64,000 nucleotides of DNA, from the NCBI GenBank assembly GCA_035511035.1, contig DATKFV010000039.1, forward strand, positions 3,531 through 67,530, read 5' to 3'. Source of the DNA: Streptosporangiaceae bacterium. GTDB lineage: Bacteria > Actinomycetota > Actinomycetes > Streptosporangiales > Streptosporangiaceae. The notes under the pieces were generated by a model. The model searched no databases. It was not told the origin of the DNA and worked only from the letters and a program-made list of their open reading frames with translations. A program made the translations under genes and the position numbers. Shown here in pieces: positions 53,566 to 61,877 of this stretch; the first letter of the stretch is position 1, and every line of letters begins with the position of its first letter.

Positions 53566-53907
53566 TTCGGGGCGGACTTCGTGTTCGGTACCGCTACGTG
53601 CGCTTACGCCGGGCCCGACGGCGTGGTGCATGACCCCGACCGCATCAGGTACCTGGACGCTCACCTCCGCGCGGTGCTGGCGGCCCGCGGCCGGAGCCGA
53701 CGTGCGCGGCTACTTCGCCTGGGGCCTGCTTGACAACTTCGAGTGGGCCTTCGGCTTCAGCAAAAGGTTCGGGCTGGTCTGGGTGGATTACCCGACCGGC
53801 CTGCGGTTCCCAAGGACAGCTTCCGCTGGTACGCCGATGTGGTGCGCAGCCGGGTGCCGGCGTCCGCGGCTGCCGGCTTATTGGCTGGCACTGCCGCTGG
53901 CTTTTAG
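53566..53907 (+). pseudogene. decayed GH1 beta-glucosidase (large internal deletion plus at least 2 frameshifts)
   Basis: [14 protein letters not shown] (GH1 N-terminus) runs directly into [18 protein letters not shown]. Next frame: [38 protein letters not shown]. Next frame: [14 protein letters not shown]. Confidence 0.7.
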
Positions 53908-54001
53908 CCCGTCATTGCGGCCGTGATCAAGCTATTGTACGATCAGCAGCGTGCGCTGGTTTATTTGCTGCCTATGAACTTGATTTTACGGGGTCACTTT
54001 A

Positions 54002-54835
54002 ATGCTTTCCGATCTTTATGCGGTGGCGAAGTGGGCAGGCATCGTCTTCGCCGTCCTGGCCGTGATCGCGCTGGTCACCATCGTGCTCAGGCTGGTCAGG
54101 ACGCCCCGGCAGCATGTGCTCGGGCCGGGAATCGCGCTGGTCGTGGCGGCTGCTCTTTGCGCGGGCTCGTTCGCCTTTCTGAGCACCAGGGTCGTGCACA
54201 TCAGGCTGGACTCGATAAAGGAGATCGGGCTTGAGCTCAGGCACGACGGGCTGCGGACGAACGCGTTGCGGTACGATACGACGGTCAGCATTACCGCGAC
54301 GCTCAAGGCGCCCGGTTTCCTGCACCATATCGTCGCCGACCTGGTCCATAAGACGACGACCGTGGACACGCAGGTCGCGGTCTACGGCCTGATCGACTTC
54401 ACGACCGTGGACGCGAAAGTGGCGACCGTCGACCGGCAGGCCAGGACGATCACTTTCTCGCTGCCCGATCCGCAGGTCGGGCCGAACACTACCTATATCG
54501 CGTCGGTGAATGGAGTACAGGAGCACGAGGGACCGGTCACCGCGGTGGCGAACGACGTCACGGGGTTCATCGGCTCGCTGTTCGGGTTGCCCGTCGTGTC
54601 GGTCAATCCCGAGCCGGAGCTGATGCTGGCCGAGACGAGGGCGCTGGCGCACGCGCGGCGCAGCGTCGCGCTGGCCTCCTGCGGCAAGGAGGAGATCGTG
54701 TCGCAGCTGACCGGCATCTTCCAGCTGGTCCCGGCGTACCGGGGGTACTCGGTCGTCGTGCACTGGCCGGTGCCGCCCGACCCCAAGATCAACTGCGCCG
54801 CCCTGCAGCACGAGTTCATCCAGTCAGGATCCTGA
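54002..54835 (+). CDS. membrane-anchored hypothetical protein (DUF4230-like?)
   Basis: 277 aa. N-terminal TM WAGIVFAVLAVIALVTIVL and a second hydrophobic segment. Preceded by an AT-rich region. Family assignment tentative. Confidence 0.5.
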   Translation: MLSDLYAVAKWAGIVFAVLAVIALVTIVLRLVRTPRQHVLGPGIALVVAAALCAGSFAFLSTRVVHIRLDSIKEIGLELRHDGLRTNALRYDTTVSITATLKAPGFLHHIVADLVHKTTTVDTQVAVYGLIDFTTVDAKVATVDRQARTITFSLPDPQVGPNTTYIASVNGVQEHEGPVTAVANDVTGFIGSLFGLPVVSVNPEPELMLAETRALAHARRSVALASCGKEEIVSQLTGIFQLVPAYRGYSVVVHWPVPPDPKINCAALQHEFIQSGS

Positions 54836-54877
54836 CGTTCGACCGGACCCCGTCGCCGGCCGCGCCTCCGGATCCTC

Positions 54878-55248
54878 CGTGATCTTGGAAAATCCTTCAT
54901 CACGGCAGTTGGCCGCGCGATAGCGCACCCGCCAGCTGTCCGTGATCACGTGTTTTCCATGATCACGGGAGTCCCGAGCGTGATCACGCGGGTCAACTAC
55001 CGTAGTCGTCGAGTTTCCATGATCACGGAGGAGTTCGCGGGTGCCGCTATCAGCCGCGAAACCACCGCGATCATGAGACCGGGCTTGATCACGGAACCCC
55101 TTGAACTCGCCGGGGGCATTCGCTCGCATGAACTCCGAGTCCGGGTTGCTGCTAGCTGTTGGCTTGGCTGCGGCGCGTGATCACGGTAATTGGGGTGCGG
55201 ATTCCGGGGTGGGATGTGCCGTGATCATGGTGTCCTTCAAGATCACGG
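54878..55248. repeat. array of 11 copies of a (C)GTGATCACGG-like palindromic motif in a 400-bp spacer between convergent genes
   Basis: GATC/CATC cores at 54881, 54899, 54943, 54961, 54982, 55021, 55069, 55087, 55179, 55222, 55241. Spacings of 18-21 nt or roughly double that, plus one 92-nt gap. TTTCCATGATCACGG occurs twice. Confidence 0.75.
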
Positions 55249-56481
55249 GAATCCGGGTGCGAAGGTGATGGAGCGCGGAGCTAGGCTGGCCGGCTCGGGG
55301 AGCCGGAGCGGGCCGGCGCCGGGCTGGATCGAGCCGAGGATACGGGCGTGCTTCGCGCCGGTCGCGGCCGGGACCGAGCCGGGCAGGCCGTTCCAGGTCA
55401 GGTAGCCGAGTACGGCGAACGCGACGGCTTCCTTGGCCTGGGTGGGCACGCCGAGGTCGGCCGTGGTGAGCACGCTGACGCCGGGGGTGGCCGCCCGCAG
55501 CCAGTCCAGCGTGGCGACGTTCTCGCTGCCGCCGCCGGAGAAGACCAGCTCCCGCAGCCTGTGCTGGCCGACCGCCTCGGCGAGCAAGTCGACGAGCAGC
55601 CTGGTGACGGTCGCGGCGACGTCCTCGCCCGCGACCGGGCCGAGTCCGTCCAGCATCGCGTTCAGGTAGGCGGCGTTGAACAGCTCGCGGCCGGTGCTGC
55701 GCGGTGGCGGGAGGCGGTAGTAAGGCTCGGCTTTCAGGCGGGCGAGCAGCGGCTCGCAGACCTGGCCGTGCACGGCGAGCTGGCCGCCGTTGTCGTAGCG
55801 GGCGGCGCCGTTAGTCGCCAGTGCCGCCGCCGGGTCCATCAGCGCACCCGCCGGGCCGAGGTCGTAGGCGATGACTACCTCGCCGTCGGCCACCACGGTC
55901 AGGTTCGCGATGCCGCCGAGGTTGACCGCCGCCGCCGGGCCGGGCCGGCCGCTGAGCAGGAGCTGGTCGAACATCGACACCATCGGGGCGCCTTGCCCGC
56001 CCGCGGCTAGGTCACGGCTGCGCAGGTCGGAGACGACCGGGACGCCGAGGCGCTCGGCGACCTCGGCGGCGTTGCCGAGCTGGAGCGTGCCGAGCGCGTT
56101 GCCGGCGTCGTCGACCCAGTGGAAGAAGGTCTGGCCGTGCAGCACGGCGAGATCGGCCTGGCCGTCGGCCAGCTCGTGGTGAGCCCGGCCGAACGCGGCC
56201 GCGTAGGCCGAGCCAAGCTCGGCGTGCAGCCGGCCGAGCTCGCCGGCGCCTGGCGGGCCCGGCGGAAGGGCCGCGATGATCCGGTCGCGCAGGCTGGGCT
56301 CGAACGGCAGGCTGAGCACGCCGCGGTAGGCACAGCCGAGCTCGGTGCCGTCCAGGTCCAGGTCAACGCAGGCCACGTCGATACCGTCGACCGAGGTTCC
56401 CGACATGCAACCGAGTACCCGCGCCGATCGATCCTGTGAATATGCAACAATTCTGGGACTCACGACGAAAAACAGTAACAT
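55243..56481 (-). CDS. anmK: anhydro-N-acetylmuramic acid kinase
   Basis: RVLGCMSGTSVDGIDVACVDL, GGIANL, FSGGGSEN. Start uncertain: ATG 56481, GTG 56463 or ATG 56406. The first 25 codons are AT-rich and may be promoter. Confidence 0.85.
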   Translation of the reverse strand: MLLFFVVSPRIVAYSQDRSARVLGCMSGTSVDGIDVACVDLDLDGTELGCAYRGVLSLPFEPSLRDRIIAALPPGPPGAGELGRLHAELGSAYAAAFGRAHHELADGQADLAVLHGQTFFHWVDDAGNALGTLQLGNAAEVAERLGVPVVSDLRSRDLAAGGQGAPMVSMFDQLLLSGRPGPAAAVNLGGIANLTVVADGEVVIAYDLGPAGALMDPAAALATNGAARYDNGGQLAVHGQVCEPLLARLKAEPYYRLPPPRSTGRELFNAAYLNAMLDGLGPVAGEDVAATVTRLLVDLLAEAVGQHRLRELVFSGGGSENVATLDWLRAATPGVSVLTTADLGVPTQAKEAVAFAVLGYLTWNGLPGSVPAATGAKHARILGSIQPGAGPLRLPEPASLAPRSITFAPGFP

Positions 56482-56490
56482 GATTTCAGG

Positions 56491-57492
56491 ATGGCGTCAG
56501 TGCCCGACGAACAGCAGCCCGACGAACAGCAGTCAGAGCAGCTAGACCCGGCCGTGCTGGTCGCGCCGGTGGTGCCGGTGCAGGCCGGTGAGCCGGCCGT
56601 CGGGACGACGGAGTGGCGCAACGATCGCACGGTCGACATCGACACGGTGCCGACGCTTGAGCTCCTGCGACTGCTCAACGAGGAGGACGCGACGGTCGCC
56701 GGGGCGGTCGCGGCCACCTTGCCGGTGCTGGCCGAGTTGGTCGACGTGACCGCCCGCCGGCTCGCCGACGGCGGCCGGGTGCACTACTTCGGGGCCGGCA
56801 CGTCCGGCCGGATCGGCGTGCTCGACGCCGCCGAGGTCGTGCCCACCTTCGGAGCCGATCCGCGTACCTTCGTGGCGCACCAGGCGGGCGGGGAGGACGC
56901 GGTCAAGCGCGCGATCGAGGGCGCGGAGGACCGGCGCTCGCTCGGGATGCAGGCGGCGTCGGAGGTGACGGCGGCCGATGTCGCGATCGGGCTGTCGGCG
57001 AGCGGGCGGACGCCCTACGTGGCCGGCGCGCTGACCGCGGCCCGCGCCGCCGGGGCGGTGACGGTGCTGGTCAGCAGCAACCTGTCGGCACCGTTGCGGC
57101 CGCTGGCCGACTATTGCGTGCTCGCCGATACCGGGCCAGAGGCGATCGCCGGGTCGACCAGGCTGAAAGCGGCGACGGCCCAGAAAATGGTGCTGAACTC
57201 GCTGTCAACGGCTGTCATGATCCGCCTCGGCCGCACATACTCGAACCTGATGGTCGCCTTGTCTGGCAGCAACTCCAAGTTGCGGCAGCGCCAGATCACG
57301 ATCCTGGTCGAGGCGTCGGGTGCCAGCGAGGAGGTCTGCCGGGCCGAGCTGGCGCGCTGCGACGGCGACCTGCGACTCGCGCTGCTGTGCTTGCTGTCCG
57401 GGCTCAGTCCCGAGGCGGGGGCGCGGGCGCTGGCGGCGGCGGGTGGCAGCGTGCGCGCGGCGCTGGCCGTGGCGGTGAGCGAGCGCGGGTGA
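56491..57492 (+). CDS. murQ: N-acetylmuramic acid 6-phosphate etherase
   Basis: SIS domain GRVHYFGAGTSGRIGVLDAAEVVPTFG, GLSASGRTPYV, AGSTRLKAATAQKMVLN. The N-terminal PDEQQ repeat is unusual, so the start is uncertain. Confidence 0.85.
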   Translation: MASVPDEQQPDEQQSEQLDPAVLVAPVVPVQAGEPAVGTTEWRNDRTVDIDTVPTLELLRLLNEEDATVAGAVAATLPVLAELVDVTARRLADGGRVHYFGAGTSGRIGVLDAAEVVPTFGADPRTFVAHQAGGEDAVKRAIEGAEDRRSLGMQAASEVTAADVAIGLSASGRTPYVAGALTAARAAGAVTVLVSSNLSAPLRPLADYCVLADTGPEAIAGSTRLKAATAQKMVLNSLSTAVMIRLGRTYSNLMVALSGSNSKLRQRQITILVEASGASEEVCRAELARCDGDLRLALLCLLSGLSPEAGARALAAAGGSVRAALAVAVSERG

Positions 57493-57519
57493 CGCGGAGG
57501 GGAAACGCGGGGAGGCGTA

Positions 57520-58458
57520 GTGGCGGGAGGCGGCGGCCAAGGCGGGCCGACCGGGCCTGGCGGGCCTGAGCCTGGCGGCGATGTGCTGGTGGTGATCAGG
57601 GCGCTGTTGCCGAGCCTGGCCAGGGTCGAGCAGCGGGTAGCCCGGCAGGTGCTCGCCGACCCGTTCGGCACCGCGATGCAGTCGATCTCCGAGCTGGCCG
57701 CGGCCTGCGATACCTCGGCGACCACCGTGGTCAGGTTCTGCCGGGCGGTGGGGTTGCGGGGATACCCGGAGCTGAGGATCGCGCTGGCGGCCGCGGCCGC
57801 GGCCGCCCAGGCCGGCGGCGCGGGAACGGCCGAGCCTTCGCACGACATCATCCTGGACGACGACCCGGCGACGATCGCGCAGAAGATCGCCCACGCCGAC
57901 GCCAGGGCCGTGACCGACACGGCCAAGCACCTCGACGTCGACACCCTCGTCAAGATCGTCGGCGTGCTCGCCGACGCCCGCCGGATCGACATCTACGGCG
58001 TCGGCGCCAGCGGCTACGTAGCCCTTGACCTGCAGCAAAAGCTGCAGCGCATCGGCAAGCCCGCGTTCGCCTGGCCCGACCCGCACATGGCGATCACGTC
58101 GGCGGCGCTGCTCGGGCCCGACGACGTCGCGGTCGCCTTGTCCCACACCGGGACCACGACCGACACGATCGACGCGCTCAGGGAGGCGGGCCGCAACGGC
58201 GCCAGGACCGCCGCGATCACGAACTTCCCGCGCTCGCCGATCACGGCCGCGGCCGACTACGTGCTGCTGACCGCCGCCCGCGAGACGGCGTTCAGGTCGG
58301 GGGCCATGACGAGCCGGATCGCCCAGCTCACGGTCGTCGACTGCCTGTTCGTGGTGCTGGCCCAGCACGACCTGCCCCGGAGCACGCAGGCCCTTGAGCG
58401 CACCTTCGAGGCCGCCCAGGCCAAGCGCCGCCGCGTGCGCCGCCCCGGCTCAGGCTGA
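57520..58458 (+). CDS. MurR/RpiR-family transcriptional regulator (HTH + SIS)
   Basis: LARVEQRVARQVLADPFGTAMQSISELAAACDTSATTVVRFCRAVGLRGYPELRIAL; SIS IDIYGVGASG. The Gly-rich N-terminus suggests a later GTG start is possible. Confidence 0.85.
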   Translation: MAGGGGQGGPTGPGGPEPGGDVLVVIRALLPSLARVEQRVARQVLADPFGTAMQSISELAAACDTSATTVVRFCRAVGLRGYPELRIALAAAAAAAQAGGAGTAEPSHDIILDDDPATIAQKIAHADARAVTDTAKHLDVDTLVKIVGVLADARRIDIYGVGASGYVALDLQQKLQRIGKPAFAWPDPHMAITSAALLGPDDVAVALSHTGTTTDTIDALREAGRNGARTAAITNFPRSPITAAADYVLLTAARETAFRSGAMTSRIAQLTVVDCLFVVLAQHDLPRSTQALERTFEAAQAKRRRVRRPGSG

Positions 58459-58461
58459 CCG

Positions 58462-59553
58462 GTGCTTCCGCCGCCGCGGCTTGCCGCCAGCTACGAGGCG
58501 CCCGGCTACCCGAGCGCCTCAGCCTTGCTTTTGCGGAGCCTTGCCGATGGCATCCCGCCGGCCGTCGCCGTGCAAGTAAGCGGCTCGACCAGGATCAGCT
58601 ACGCGGCCACGGGCGGGTGGGCCACCCTGGGCGGCGAGTCCGGTCCGGCTATCCCGGCCAGCCCGGGCCTTTTGTTCGATATCGCGTCCTTGACCAAAGT
58701 CGTGGCGACCGTGCCCGCCGCGTTGCTGCTGCACCAGCGGCGGGCCTGGGACATCGACGACCCGGTCGCCAGGTGGCTTCCGGGCGCACCCGCCAGCCGG
58801 GTCACGATCAGGCAGTGCCTGACGCACACCGCCGGCCTGGTCCCGCATCGCCCGTTCTACGAGCAGCCCGACACTCCGGAGGCGGTGCGCCTGGCCGTCC
58901 AGGCTGAGCTGGCGAATGCGGTCGGCGGTCCGGTCAGCTACAGCGACCTCGGCTACATGCTGGTCGGCTGGGCGATCGAGCAATGCGCGGGCGAGCGGCT
59001 CGACGCCCTGGTCGGCCGGGAGGTCTTCGGCCCGCTCGGGCTGACGGCGACCGGGTACCAGCCGCGCGTGCCCCGGTCCTGGATCGCCGCTACCGAGGCC
59101 GACGGCGACCAGCGGCGCGGGCCGGACGGTTCTGGCCTGGTCTGGGGCGAGGTCCACGACGGCAACGCCTGGGCGCTCGGCGGGGTCAGCGGGCACGCCG
59201 GGCTGTTCAGCACCGCCGCCGACCTAGGCCGGTTCGCCCGCGCGCTGCTGCGGCCCGACCGTCACCCGGTGCTGAGCGCCGCCACGATCGCGTTCATGAC
59301 CACCAGGCAGGCCGCGGCCGGCGACGACGTCAGGGCCATCGGCTGGCGGCTGCGCCCGGCCGCCGTTGGCTGGGGTCGCTGGCCCGCCGCCACGATCTGG
59401 CACACCGGCTTTACCGGTACGTCCTTGCTGATCAGCCCGTCCCTCGATACCGCGGTGGTCGTCCTCAGCAACGCCATCCACCCGGTCCGCCGCCTGCCAG
59501 AGACCGCCGCCTTCCGGGCCACCCTCCACCGCGCGATCCGCTCGGCGCTGTAG
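58462..59553 (+). CDS. serine hydrolase, beta-lactamase/PBP4*-like (class C fold)
   Basis: SxxK motif FDIASLTKVV; YSDLGY; HTGFTGTS (KTG-like). Confidence 0.8.
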   Translation: MLPPPRLAASYEAPGYPSASALLLRSLADGIPPAVAVQVSGSTRISYAATGGWATLGGESGPAIPASPGLLFDIASLTKVVATVPAALLLHQRRAWDIDDPVARWLPGAPASRVTIRQCLTHTAGLVPHRPFYEQPDTPEAVRLAVQAELANAVGGPVSYSDLGYMLVGWAIEQCAGERLDALVGREVFGPLGLTATGYQPRVPRSWIAATEADGDQRRGPDGSGLVWGEVHDGNAWALGGVSGHAGLFSTAADLGRFARALLRPDRHPVLSAATIAFMTTRQAAAGDDVRAIGWRLRPAAVGWGRWPAATIWHTGFTGTSLLISPSLDTAVVVLSNAIHPVRRLPETAAFRATLHRAIRSAL

Positions 59554-59566
59554 TTGATGCTGCCGT

Positions 59567-60355
59567 CTAGGTGGCGGACTCTGGGGTCGCGGGCTGGATG
59601 TCGTTGCGGGCGACCGAGATGTAGGCCACTAGGGCGAGGATCATGACCAGGGTCACGGCGCTGACGGCGGCGTCGCCGTAGTCGAGGCCGGTGATCGCCT
59701 TGGGCTTGGAGAACCAGTCGGCGAGGGACGCGCCGAGCGGGCGGGTGATCACGTAAGCGAACCAGAATGCGAACACGGCGTTCATCCGCAGGAACCGCCA
59801 GGCGAAGGCCGGGATCAGGATTACCACGAAGAACAACACGGCCGAGCCGAGGTAGCCGAGGTGCACGACAGCGGCGGTGAAGTCGCCGAGGGCGGTGCCG
59901 AGCGCGAACGTGGCGAAGACGGTCGCCCAGTAGAACAGCTCGCGCCGGGTCGTCACGATGCTGTGGATCGACAGCGTGCCCTCGCTGCGGTACCAGATCC
60001 AGAAGATCGCGGCTAGGACGACGATCCACAGGGCGGTCGTGCCGCCGTAGGGGATGCCCACGATCAGGTGCAGCGCGTCCGACACGCCCGTGCCGAAGAT
60101 CGCGATCGCGAGCGCGAGGAACCAGTACGCGGGCGCGACGTAGCGCCGGGTCGCGAACTGCGTGATCACGGCGACCACGAAGATCGTCACCTCGACCACG
60201 CCGGCCAGCACGTAGCCGTGCAGCGCCAGGTAGTCCGAGATCGCCTCGCCGCTCGCGGTCGTGAGCAGCTTGATGATCCAGAACATGAAGGTGATCTCAG
60301 GCACCTTCGCCGCGACCGGCTCTAGCCGGCTTTTGCGGGCCGTGGCGTGCGCCAT
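59567..60355 (-). CDS. integral membrane protein (COG4705/DUF347 repeat family)
   Basis: VPEITFMFWIIKLLTTASGEAISDYL and repeated TM pairs. 262 aa. Confidence 0.65.
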   Translation of the reverse strand: MAHATARKSRLEPVAAKVPEITFMFWIIKLLTTASGEAISDYLALHGYVLAGVVEVTIFVVAVITQFATRRYVAPAYWFLALAIAIFGTGVSDALHLIVGIPYGGTTALWIVVLAAIFWIWYRSEGTLSIHSIVTTRRELFYWATVFATFALGTALGDFTAAVVHLGYLGSAVLFFVVILIPAFAWRFLRMNAVFAFWFAYVITRPLGASLADWFSKPKAITGLDYGDAAVSAVTLVMILALVAYISVARNDIQPATPESAT

Positions 60356-60380
60356 ACTGGGTTCCTCCTAGTAGGGGCAT

Positions 60381-60407
60381 GCGTTATACCGTGCGACGGT
60401 ATAACGC
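60381..60407. promoter_or_regulatory. perfect 12-3-12 inverted repeat, candidate PadR operator
   Basis: GCGTTATACCGT-GCG-ACGGTATAACGC. Followed by a related half-site GCAGTATAGCG (60410-60420). Lies between the divergent membrane-protein gene and the padR start. Confidence 0.6.
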
Positions 60408-60447
60408 ACGGCAGTATAGCGACGTGCCTGATCCGGGGGAGAGCGCC

Positions 60448-60780
60448 GTGGCCAACCGACTGGATCGCTGGGCCGATCCGCCGCTGCTCGTCCTCGCCAG
60501 CCTGGCGGAGGAGCCCAAGCACGGGTACGCGATCACCCGCGACGTCGCCGAGACGATGGGGGTCAGGCTGTCGGCCGGCACCTTGTACGCGGTGATCTCG
60601 CGGCTGGAGGCGCGCGGGCTGATCGAGCCGCTTGCGGCCTCCGAGCGGCGCCGTCCCTACAAGATCACCGCCGCGGGCGCGCAGGTGCTGGCGGCCGAGA
60701 CGGCGCGGATGAGCGAGGTGGCCTCGCTCGCCCAGGCCAGGCTGCGCGGCCGGCCCCAGTCGGGCCTGGCGGGCGCGTGA
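60448..60780 (+). CDS. PadR-family transcriptional regulator
   Basis: LLVLASLAEEPKHGYAITRDVAETMGVRLSAGTLYAVISRLEARGLIEP. I prefer GTG 60448 (after GGGGGAGAG) because ORF-track start 60379 would place the palindrome inside the coding sequence. Confidence 0.85.
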   Translation: MANRLDRWADPPLLVLASLAEEPKHGYAITRDVAETMGVRLSAGTLYAVISRLEARGLIEPLAASERRRPYKITAAGAQVLAAETARMSEVASLAQARLRGRPQSGLAGA

Positions 60781-61790
60781 GGCGGCCCAGCGCCGGAGGG
60801 CGCACCAGCAAGCCCAGCGCCGGAGGGCGCACCAGCAAGCACAGCGCCGGAGGGCGCACCAGCAAGCCCAGCGCCGGATGGCGCGCCAGCAAGCACAGCG
60901 CCGGAGGGCGCGCCAGCAAGCACGGCGCCGGATGGCGCCCGTGCGAGCCGGTCGCCAGGGCCGCGCTGCGGCTGTATCCCCCGGCCTGGCGCCAGCGCTA
61001 CGGCGACGAGGTGCTCGCCTTGATCGACGACTCCGGTGGCGGCTGGGCGGCGGCGCTCGGGCTGGCCGCGCAGGCGCCGCCGATGTGGGTCTGGCCGCCT
61101 CGCCACCTGCACGACCCCGACGCGCGGATGCGGGCCAGCATCGCCACGGTGCTCGCGGCGTGGTCGTTCCTGACCGGCCTGGCCCTGGTCTTCGTCCAGT
61201 TCACCCAGCAGCAGGGCTTCGCGCCGCCCGCCCACCCGGTCGTCGCCTGGTCCTACGCGGCCTTCGACGCGGCCCTGGGCGCCTCGGTGCTCGTCATCAT
61301 CGCCGGGTCGCTGCCGCTCTGGCTGGTGCTGCTGCGCCGGGCCCGGCGCGAGCGCCGTCGCCGTGACCTGGCCTTCCTGCTGCTCCCTGTCGTTGTGCCG
61401 ACCGCGTACCTCGTCGCTGCCTTCGCCACCGTGCGGCTGGTCCACCACCCGGAGGCGTCGGGGCCCTGGTGGTTCATCGGCTTCACGATCGCCGGGTTCG
61501 CTGCTGCCGCCGTCGCGGCCGCCGGGCCGATCGTGACCCTGCGGCGCCTGCGGCCGGGTGGCTGGACCGTCCGGCTGGCGGTCAGGGCGGCCGGCGTCGC
61601 CGCCGTGACCGTGGCGGCGGCCGGCCTGGCGAGCGGCCTCGCGGCCGCCGGGCTCTGCCGCTGGGCGCCGGCGTTCCCTGGCTACCACGCCACCGCCGCC
61701 TTGGCGTGCTACCTGATCGCGGTGGCTGTCGCCGCGATGACCGCGACGGTCAGCGCTGCCCGCGGTGCTCGGGCCGCTTTCGCCCGCTAG
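60777..61790 (+). CDS. PadR-associated membrane protein with N-terminal 9-aa tandem repeats
   Basis: GTGA overlap with the padR stop. (SAGGRTSKP)n, then ALRLYPPAWRQRYGDEVLALIDD, typical of proteins encoded after padR, then about 6 TM helices. Confidence 0.65.
   Translation: MRRPSAGGRTSKPSAGGRTSKHSAGGRTSKPSAGWRASKHSAGGRASKHGAGWRPCEPVARAALRLYPPAWRQRYGDEVLALIDDSGGGWAAALGLAAQAPPMWVWPPRHLHDPDARMRASIATVLAAWSFLTGLALVFVQFTQQQGFAPPAHPVVAWSYAAFDAALGASVLVIIAGSLPLWLVLLRRARRERRRRDLAFLLLPVVVPTAYLVAAFATVRLVHHPEASGPWWFIGFTIAGFAAAAVAAAGPIVTLRRLRPGGWTVRLAVRAAGVAAVTVAAAGLASGLAAAGLCRWAPAFPGYHATAALACYLIAVAVAAMTATVSAARGARAAFAR
60788..60945 (+). repeat. 27-bp tandem repeat, about 5.7 copies (CAGCGCCGGAGGGCGCACCAGCAAGCC)
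   Basis: Units begin at 60788, 60815, 60842, 60869, 60896 and 60923 (partial). Point differences between units. Confidence 0.9.
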
Positions 61791-61877
61791 CTGCCCCGCC
61801 CCGTGCGGGCCGCGTCAGGGTAAGACCAGGGTTCTTCCCGATGTCCTTGCCCCGGCGCTGGCCGTCAGCATGGTCGC

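Noticed and set aside
54824-55180. ORFs 54824..55129 (-) and 54950..55180 (+) across the TGATCACGG array (RDHG / MIT repeats)
   Set aside because: The peptide periodicity merely mirrors the DNA boxes. Codon composition is unlike neighbouring genes.
60657-61688. 343-aa minus-strand ORF with APSGAVLAG repeats
   Set aside because: It is antisense to the PadR-coupled membrane-protein gene, has Arg/Pro/Gly-rich composition, and its repeats are the complement of the 27-bp array.
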